A model generated the notes under the pieces. That model saw only the letters and a list, made by a program, of their open reading frames with translations, was not told the DNA's origin and ran no database searches. Positions 32,997-42,100 of a stretch of DNA of 64,000 nt are shown here, in pieces. The DNA comes from Eledone cirrhosa (Eukaryota): contig OZ024763.1 in the NCBI GenBank assembly GCA_964016885.1, positions 22,816,001 through 22,880,000 of the forward strand. The letters are read 5' to 3'. Position 1 is the first letter of the stretch. Each line of letters begins with the position of its first letter. The translations under genes and the position numbers were made by a program.

Positions 32997-35954
32997 CGAT
33001 AGATGCACTCTGAACACACACACAGCGATAGGTGCACTCTGAACACACACACACAGCGACAGGTGCACTCTGAACACACACACACAGCGACAGATGCACT
33101 CTGAACACACACACACACACACACACACACACAGCGATAGATGCACTCTGAACACACACACAGCGATAGGTGCACTCTGAACACACACACACAGCGACAG
33201 GTGCACTCTGAACACACACACACAGCGACAGGTGCACTCTGAACACACACACACTGCGACAGGTGCACTCTGAAAACACACACAGCGATAGGTGCACTCT
33301 GAACACACACACACACAGCGATAGGTGCACTCTGAACACACACACACACAGCGACAGGTGCACTCTGAACACACACAGCGACAGGTGCACTCTGAACACA
33401 CACAGCGACATCGATAGGTGCACTCTGAACACACACACTCAGCGATAGGTGCACTCTGAACACACACACTCAGCGATAGGTGCACTCTGAACACACACAC
33501 ACAGCGATAGGTGCACTCTGAACACACACACACACACACAGCGATAGGTGCACTCTGACACACACACACAGCGACAGGTGCACTCTGAACACACACAGCG
33601 ACATCGATAAGTGCACTCTGAACACACACACACAGCGATAGGTGCACTCTGAACACACACACACAGCCATAGGTGCACTCTGAACACACACACACAGCGA
33701 CAGGTGCACTCTGAACACACACACACAGCGACAGGTGCACTCTGAACACAGACACACACACTGCGACAGGAGCACTCTGAACACAGACACACACACTGCG
33801 ACAGGTGCACTCTGAACACACACACAGCGATAGGTGCACTCTGAACACACACACACACACAGCGACAGGTGCACTCTGAACACAGACACACACACTGCGA
33901 CAGGTGCACTCTGAACACACACACACACAGCGACAGGTGCACTCTGAACACACACACACACACAGCGATAGGTGCACTCTGAACACACACACACACAGCG
34001 ACAGGTGCACTCTGAACACACACACACAGCGACAGGTGCACTCTGAACACAGACACACACACTGCGACAGGTGCACTCTGAACACACACACACAGCGATA
34101 GGTGCACTCTAAACACACACACACACAGCGATAGGTGCACTCTGAACACACACACACAGCGACAGGTGCACTCTTAACACAGACACACACACTGCGACAG
34201 GTGCACTCTGAACACACACACACACAGCGATAGGTGCACTCTGAACACACACACACAGCGATAGGTGCACACTAAACACACACACACGCAGCGATAGGTG
34301 CACTCTGAACACACACACACAGCGACAGGTGCACTCTTAACACACACACACACACAGCGACAGGTGCACTCTTAACACACACACACACAGCGACAGGTGC
34401 ACTCTGAACACACACACAGCGATAGGTGCACTCTGAACACACACACACACACAGCGAAAGGTGCACTCAGAACACACACACACACAGCGACAGGTGCACT
34501 CTGAACACACACACAGCGATAGGTGCACTCTGAACACACACACACACACACAGCGACAGGTGCACTCTGAACAAACACACAGCGACAGGTGCACTCTGAA
34601 CACACACAGCGATAGGTGCACTCTGAACACACACACACACACACAGCGACAGGTGCACTCTGAACACACACACAGCGATAGGTGCACTCTGAACACACAC
34701 ACACAGCGACAGGTGCACTCTGAACACACACAGCGATAGGTGCACTCTGAACACACACACACACACACACAGCGACAGGTGCACTCTGAACACACACAGC
34801 GATATGTGCACTCTGAACACACACACACACACACAGCGACAGGTACACTCTGAACACACACACAGCGATAGGTGCACTCTAAACACACACACACACAGCG
34901 ATAGGTGCACTCTGAACACACACACACAGCGACAGGTGCACTCTGAACACACACAGCGATAGGTGCACTCTGAACACACACACACACACACACACAGCGA
35001 TAGGTGCACTCTGAACACACTCACACAGCAACAGGTGCACTCTGAACACACACACACAGCGACAGGTGCACTCTGAACACACACAGCGATTGGTGCACTC
35101 TGAACACAGACACACACACTGCGACAGGTGCACTCTGAACACACACACAGCGATAGGTGCACTCTAAACACACACACACACACAGCGATAGGTGCACTCT
35201 GAACACACACACACAGCGACAGGTGCACTCTGAACAAACACTCACAGCGATAGGTGCACTCTAAACACACACGGACACAGCGATAGGTGCACTCTGAACA
35301 CACACACAGCGACAGGTGCACTCTGAACACACACACACACACACAGCGACAGGTGCACTCTGAACACACACACACAGCGACAGGTGCACTCTGAACACAC
35401 ACACACACACACACACACACAGCGACAGGTGCACTCTGAACACACACACACTCACAGCGACAGGTGCACTCTGAACACACACACACACACACACAGCGAT
35501 AGGTGCACTCTGAACACACTCACACACACACACACAGCGGCAGGTGCACTCTGAACACACACACAGCGACAGGTGCACTCTGAACACACACACACACACA
35601 CAGCGACAGGTGCACTCTGAACACACACACACTCACAGCGACAGGTGCACTCTGAACACACAGCGATAGGTGCACTCTGTACACACACACAGCGATAGGT
35701 GCACTCTGAACACACACACACACAGCGACAGGTGCACTCTGAACACACACACACACACACAGCGACAGGTGCACTCTGAACACACACACACACACACAGC
35801 GATAGGTGCACTCTGATAACACACACAGCGACAGGTGCACTCTGAACACACACACAGCGATAGGTGCACTCTGAACACACACACACACAGCGATAGGTGC
35901 ACTCTGAACACACACACACACACAGCGAGAGGTGCACTCTGAACACACACACAC
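1..35954. repeat. Compound satellite A: 19-bp core GCGA(T/C)AGGTGCACTCTGAA + (CA)n, about 1,100 head-to-tail units, truncated by the window start
   Basis: Units read directly, e.g. starts at 1, 36 and 65 (35 and 29 bp). The CA tract runs from n=3 (e.g. ~13146) to n=15 (13172-13201, 32966-32995), so units are 25-49 bp and mostly 29-37 bp. All units I read have the same orientation. The last core is at 35925-35943. The unit count is estimated from length divided by about 33 bp. Confidence 0.99.
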
Positions 35955-36046
35955 GTATACGGGCCATACACACAAGTACAGGGCATATACAAACACACAT
36001 AAAGACACAGACATTGACATACACTTAGACATATACACAGCCACGT

Positions 36047-36111
36047 CCTCTCCACACACTCCGTCTCTCCACACACACCCTCTCCACACACACACGCACC
36101 CTCTCTCCACA
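36047..36111. repeat. Short degenerate tandem of four CTCTCC(AC)n motifs in the transition between arrays A and B
   Basis: cctctccacacact / ccgtctctccacacacac / cctctccacacacacacgcac / cctctctccacacac, read directly. Confidence 0.7.
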
Positions 36112-37033
36112 CATACACCAACATACACACAGACACACATAAACCCACACACGCATACACCAACACACACAGACAAACCCACACATGCATACACCAACAT
36201 ACAAACACACACACACACACAAACCCACACATGCATACACCAACATACACACACACACACATAAACCCACACACGCATACACCAACACACACAAACCCAC
36301 ACATGCATACACCAACATACAAACACACACACACACACAAACCCACACATGCATACACCAACATACACACACACACATAAACCCACACACGCATACACCA
36401 ACAAACACACACACACAAACCCACACATGCATACACCAACATACAAACACACACACACACACAAACCCACGCATGCATACACCAACATACACACACACAC
36501 ATAAACCCACACACACATACACCAACACACACACACACACACACATAAACCCACACACGCATACACCAACACACACACACACACACACACCACACACATA
36601 AACCCACACACGCATACACCAACATAAACACACACGCACACACATAAACCCACACACGCATACACCAACACACACACACACACACACACACACATAAACC
36701 CACACACACATACACCAACACACACACACATACACATAAACCCACACACGCATACACCAACACACACACACACGCACACACATAAACCTACACACGCATG
36801 CACCAACACACACACACACATAAACCCACACACGCATACACCAACATACACACACACACATAAACCCACACACACATACACCAACACACACACAAACCCA
36901 CACACGCATACACCAACATACACACACACACATAAACCCACACACACATACACCAACACACACACACACACACATAAACCCACACACGCACACACCAACA
37001 TAAACACACACGCACACACATAAACCCACACAC
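36112..37033. repeat. Minisatellite B: (T/C)AAACCCACACA(C/T)GCATACACCAACA(CA)n, about 35-50 bp units, roughly 22 copies
   Basis: AAACCCACAC and GCATACACCAAC anchors recur, separated by variable CA tracts. A three-unit pattern repeats from 36139, 36261 and 36377 to about 36500. Confidence 0.92.
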
Positions 37034-37093
37034 AGTGTCATATGAACTCCACACACACACATTTATAAACCTACGAACAGTGACATATGAACT

Positions 37094-37148
<55 letters not shown>

Positions 37149-37495
37149 TATATATAAACCCACAAACAGTGGCATATGAACTATACACACACACACATTC
37201 ATATATAAACCCACACACCTTGGCATATGAACTATACACACACACACATTCATATATAAACCCACACACAGTGGCATATGAACTATACACACACACACAT
37301 TCATATATAAACCCACACACAGTGGCATATGAACTATACACACACACACATTCATATATAAACCCACACACAGTGGCATATGAACTATACACACACACAC
37401 ATTCATATATAAACCCACACACAATGGCATATGAACTACACACACACACACACATTCATATATAAACCCACACACAGTGACATATGTACTCTACA
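37020..37495. repeat. Minisatellite C: 51-bp unit ATAAACCCACACACAGTGGCATATGAACTATACACACACACACATTCATAT
   Basis: GGCATATGAA occurs at 37171, 37222, 37273, 37324, 37375 and 37426 (51-bp period). Degenerate copies lie at ~37035, ~37080 and ~37479. Confidence 0.95.
37095..37144. repeat. Pure (CA)25 microsatellite inside a degenerate unit of minisatellite C
   Basis: Uninterrupted 50-bp CA run. Confidence 0.95.
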
Positions 37496-37713
37496 CACAC
37501 CTACACCAACACCTACACCACACACCTACATACACACATTCTAGAGCATACCCTAGATAATGTTGTTAGAACAGAAAACAAAAATCATGATTTTCTACAG
37601 CCACACCTTAAAACCTTTGACCTGCAAATAAAACTACTTCTCCCTTCTGTAATGTTGATATGAAGTGTACCAATACTTTATAGCTTACTAAATTCTCTCC
37701 TGACCCCTTTAGT

Positions 37714-38612
37714 ATTTACATTACTCTATATATACTATTGTATTTTCACAGTAAAGGCTTTACTTCACATAATATCTCACATAACATTTACATTACTCTA
37801 TATATACTATTGTATTTTCACAGTAAAGGCTTTATCTCACATAATATCTCACATAACATTTACATTACTCTATATATACTATTGTATTTTCACAGTAAAG
37901 GCTTTACTTCACATAATATCTCACATAACATTTACATTACTCTATATATACTATTGTATTTTCACAGTAAAGGCTTTACCTCACATAACATTTACATTAC
38001 TCTATATATACTATTGTATTTTCACAGTAAAGGCTTTACCTCACATAACATTTACATTACTCTATATATACTATTGTATTTTCACAGTAAAGGCTTTACC
38101 TCACATAACATTTACATTACTCTATATATACTATTGTATTTTCACAGTAAAGGCTTTACCTCACATAACATTTACATTACTCTATATATACTATTGTATT
38201 TTCACAGTAAAGGCTTTACCTCACATAACATTTACATTACTCTATATATACTATTGTATTTTCACAGTAAAGGCTTTACCTCACATAACATTTACATTAC
38301 TCTATATATACTATTGTATTTTCACAGTAAAGGCTTTATCTCACATAATATCTCACATAACATTTACATTACTCTATATATACTATTGTATTTTCACAGT
38401 AAAGGCTTTACTTCACATAATATCTCACATAACATTTACATTACTCTATATATACTATTGTATTTTCACAGTAAAGGCTTTACTTCACATAATATCTCAC
38501 ATAACATTTACATTACTCTATATATACTATTGTATTTTCACAGTAAAGGCTTTACTTCACATAATATCTCACATAACATTTACATTACTCTATATATACT
38601 ATTATATTTTCA
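37714..38612. repeat. AT-rich minisatellite D with 72-bp and 60-bp units (ATTTACATTACTCTATATATACTATTGTATTTTCACAGTAAAGGCTTTAY[Y]TCACATAA[TATCTCACATAA]C)
   Basis: Units start at 37714, 37786, 37858 (72 bp); 37930, 37990, 38050, 38110, 38170, 38230 (60 bp); and 38290, 38362, 38434, 38506 (72 bp). The unit at 38578 is interrupted by the SINE. Confidence 0.98.
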
Positions 38613-38787
38613 GGCAGTATCGGTAGGGAGTCAGACACCATGCTTTGCAGCATAGAGTTACGGCCCTTTATGATCTGAGTTCAAATCCCGCCGAGGTTAA
38701 CTTTGCCTTTCATCCTTACAGGGTCGATAAAATAAAGTACCAGTAATGCACTGGGTAATTGCTGGCCTTGTGCCTAAAGTAGAAACA
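38613..38787 (+). mobile_element. tRNA-derived SINE copy 1 (octopus/mollusc-like, central domain resembling Nin/Deu), with an internal 3' deletion
   Basis: A-box-like AGGCAGTATCGG (38612-38623), B box GAGTTCAAATCCC (38677-38689), central CTTTGCCTTTCATCCTT..GGGTCGATAAAATAAAGTACCAG, and tail GCTGGCCTTGTGCCTAAAGTAGAAACA. It is flanked by the direct repeat ATTATATTTTCA and has a paralogue at 38979. The family assignment is from memory, not from a search. Confidence 0.88.
38677..38689 (+). promoter_or_regulatory. RNA polymerase III type-2 B box of SINE copy 1
   Basis: GAGTTCAAATCCC fits the GTTCRANNC consensus, about 55 bp after an A-box-like motif. The counterpart in copy 2 is GAGTTCAAATCT at 39042-39053. 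Confidence 0.75.
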
Positions 38788-38837
38788 ATTATATTTTCAC
38801 AGTAAAGGTTTTATCTTACATAATTATCTCACATAAT
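38788..38837. repeat. 3' target-site duplication plus the diverged remainder of the final minisatellite D unit
   Basis: ATTATATTTTCA (38788-38799) is identical to 38601-38612. It is followed by CAGTAAAGGTTTTATCTTACATAATTATCTCACATAAT, a diverged continuation of the 72-bp D unit. Confidence 0.88.
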
Positions 38838-38942
38838 GTGGAATCTATCAGATTTTGATATTATTTACTTTGAGAACAATATCTTAACATCAGTATGAGT
38901 GGCCAGTTACAGCTGGTTTGAACAGAAAGAAGTGAGACAACT

Positions 38943-38978
38943 CTTGTACCTAAACCAGAAACCAATATTATTATCATT
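38943..38978 (+). mobile_element. Probable orphan SINE 3'-tail fragment
   Basis: CTTGTACCTAAACCAGAAACCAATATTATT resembles the copy-1 tail CTTGTGCCTAAAGTAGAAACAATTAT (38767-38792) and ends in an ATT-like run directly before SINE copy 2. Confidence 0.55.
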
Positions 38979-39162
38979 GGCAGTATCAGTAGAGGATCGG
39001 ATGCCATACATGCAGTATAGAGTTACGACCCTTTACGATCTGAGTTCAAATCTAGCTGAGGATACTTTGCCTTTCATCCTTATGTGGTGGATAAAAAAAA
39101 AATAACAGTAACGCACTAGGGTAGACTTAATCCACTTTCCTCTTCCACAAAACTACTGGTCT
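38979..39162 (+). mobile_element. tRNA-derived SINE copy 2, whose 3' segment is the first unit of satellite E; its tail is not in the window
   Basis: Colinear with copy 1 from GGCAGTATC through GAGTTACG.CCCTTTA.GATCTGAGTTCAAATC and ACTTTGCCTTTCATCCTTA to CAGTAA(C/T)GCACT, roughly 80% identical by eye. It then continues as AACGCACTAGGGTAGACTTAATCC... (39110-39162). Confidence 0.88.
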
Positions 39163-42100
39163 AATACACTGGGGTAGACTTAATCCACTTTCCTCTTCCA
39201 TCAAACTACTGGCCTAATACACTGGGGTAGACTTAATCCACTTTCCTCTTCCATCAAACTACTGGCCTAATACACTGGGGTAGACTTAATCCACTTTCCT
39301 CTTCCATCAAACTACTGGCCTAATACACTGGGGTAGACTTAATCCACTTTCCTCTTCCACCAAACTACTGGCCTAATACACTGGGGTAGACTTAATCCAC
39401 TTTCCTCTTCCACCAAACTACTGGTCTAATACACTGGGGTAGACTTAATCCACTTTCACCTTACACCAAACTACTGGCCTAATACACTGGGGTAGACTTA
39501 ATCCACTTTCCTCTTCCACCAAACTACTGGCCTAATACACTGGGGTAGACTTAATCCACTTTCCTCTTCCAACAAACTACTGGCCTAATACACTGGGGTA
39601 GACTTAATCCACTTTCCTCTTCCACCAAATTACTGGCCTAATACACTGGGGTAGACTTAATCCACTTTCACCTTCCACCAAACTACTGGCCTAATACACT
39701 GGGGTAGACTTAATCCACTTTCCTCTTCCACCAAACTACTGGCCTAATACACTGGGGTAGACTTAATCCACTTTCTCCTTCCACCAAACTACTGGCCTAA
39801 TACACTGGGGTAGACTTAATCCACTTTCCTCTTCCACCAAACTACTGGCCTAATACACTGGGGTAGACTTAATCCACATTCCTCTTCCACCAAACTACTG
39901 GCCTAATACACTGGGGTAGACTTAATCCACTTTCCCCTTCCACCAAACTACTGTCCTAATACACTGGGGTAGACTTAATCCACTTTCACCTTACACCAAA
40001 CTACTGGCCTAATACACTGGGGTAGACTTAATCCACTTTCCTCCTCCACCAAACTACTGGCCTAATACACTGGGGTAGACTTAATCCACTTTCCCCTTCC
40101 ACCGAACTACTGGCCTAATACACTGGGGTAGACTTAATCCACTTTCCTCCTCCACCAAACTACTGGCCTAATACACTGGGGTAGACTTAATCCACTTTCC
40201 TCCTCCATCAAACTACTGGCCTAATACACTGGGGTAGACTTAATCCACTTTCCCCTTCCATCAAACTACTGGCCTAATACACTGGGGTAGACTTAATCCA
40301 CTTTCCTCTTCCACCAAACTACTGGCCTAATACACTGGGGTAGACTTAATCCACTTTCCTCCTCCATCAAACTACTGGCCTAATACACTGGGGTAGATTT
40401 AATTCACTTTCCTCTTCCACCAAACTACTGGCCTAATACACTGGGGTAGACTTAATCCACTTTCCTCCTCCATCAAACTACTGGCCTAATACACTGGGGT
40501 AGACTTAATCCACTTTCCCCTTCCATCAAACTACTGGCCTAATGCACTGGGGTAGACTTAATCCACTTTCCTCTTCCACCAAACTACTGGCCTAATACAC
40601 TGGGGTAGACTTAATCCACTTTCCTCTTCCACCAAACTACTGGCCTAATACACTGGGGTAGACTTAATCCACTTTCCTCCTCCACCAAACTACTGGCCTA
40701 ATACACTGGGGTAGACTTAATCCACTTTCCTCTTCCACCAAACTACTGGCCTAATACACTGGGGTAGACTTAATCCACTTTCCTCTTCCACCAAACTACT
40801 GGCCTAATACACTGGGGTAGACTTAATCCACTTTCACCTTCCATCAAACTACTGGCCTAATACACTGGGGTAGACTCAATCCAATTTCCTCTTCCATCAA
40901 ACTACTGGCCTAATACACTGGGGTAGACTTAATCCACTTTCCTCTTCCATCAAACTACTGGCCTAATACACTGGGGTAGACTTAATCCACTTTCCTCTTC
41001 CATCAAACTACTGTCCTAATACACTGGGGTAGACTTAATCCACTTTCACCTTACACCAAACTACTGGCCTAATACACTGGGGTAGACTTAATCCACTTTC
41101 CTCTTCCATCAAACTACTGGCCTAATACACTGGGGTAGACTTAATCCACTTTCCCCTTCCATCAAACTACTGGCCTAATGCACTGGGGTAGACTTAATCC
41201 ACTTTCCTCTTCCACCAAACTACTGGCCTAATACACTGGGGTAGACTTAATCCACTTTCCTCTTCCATCAAACTACTGGCCTAATGCACTGGGGTAGACT
41301 TAATCCACTTTCCTCTTCCATCAAACTACTGTCCTAATACACTGGGGTAGACTTAATCCACTTTCACCTTACACCAAACTACTGGCCTAATACACTGGGG
41401 TAGACTTAATCCACTTTCCTCTTCCACCAAACTACTGGCCTAATACACTGGGGTAGACTTAATCCACTTTCCTCTTCCACCAAACTACTGGCCTAATACA
41501 CTGGGGTAGACTTAATCCACTTTCCTCTTCCACCAAACTACTGGCCTAATACACTGGGGTAGACTTAATCCACTTTCACCTTACACCAAACTACTGGCCT
41601 AATACACTGGGGTAGACTTAATCCACTTTCCTCTTCCATCAAACTACTGGCCTAATACACTGGGGTAGACTTAATCCACATTCCTCTTCCACCAAACTAC
41701 TGGCCTAATACACTGGGGTAGACTTAATCCACTTTCCCCTTCCACCAAACTACTGTCCTAATACACTGGGGTAGACTTAATCCACTTTCACCTTACACCA
41801 AACTACTGGCCTAATACACTGGGGTAGACTTAATCCACTTTCCTCCTCCACCAAACTACTGGCCTAATACACTGGGGTAGACTTAATCCACTTTCCTCCT
41901 CCACCAAACTACTGGCCTAATACACTGGGGTAGACTTAATCCACTTTCACCTTACACCAAACTACTGGCCTAATACACTGGGGTAGACTTAATCCACTTT
42001 CTCCTTCCACCAAACTACTGGCCTAATACACTGGGGTAGACTTAATCCACTTTCCCCTTCCACCGAACTACTGGCCTAATACACTGGGGTAGACTTAATC

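Noticed and set aside
539-35632. Giant Cys/Val-rich minus-strand ORFs (up to 3346 aa) as metallothionein-like or keratin-associated-like genes
   Set aside because: All three frames are open because the repeat has no stop triplets. Unit lengths are not constrained to multiples of 3, starts are mostly GTG within TG runs, and there is no unique N- or C-terminal domain.
1-35954. CRISPR array (constant partly palindromic repeat with variable spacers)
   Set aside because: The spacers are only (CA)n rather than unique sequences, there are no cas genes or leader, and the context is eukaryotic.
545-36601. Short His/Thr-rich plus-strand ORFs (MHSEHTHT...)
   Set aside because: These are translations of (CA)n between the TGA/TAG stops built into the core, with no coding signal.
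37063-37475. ORFs with 17-aa repeats on both strands
   Set aside because: They are a by-product of the 51-bp minisatellite period.
37738-38560. Tandem 3' splice acceptors (TATTTTCACAG) in minisatellite D, and CAG|GT sites in satellite A
   Set aside because: There is no associated exon or donor structure. Such short motifs are expected by chance and are multiplied by the repeat.
37738-38655. 305-aa hydrophobic repeat ORF
   Set aside because: It is open only because the 60- and 72-bp units are multiples of 3. It starts at TTG inside the repeat and ends in the SINE.
38613-38695. Functional tRNA gene
   Set aside because: It has A/B boxes but no convincing cloverleaf or acceptor stem, and it continues into a SINE body with a tail and TSD.
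38899-39105. 68-aa ORF
   Set aside because: It has a GTG start, lies mostly within SINE sequence, and shows no recognisable protein features.
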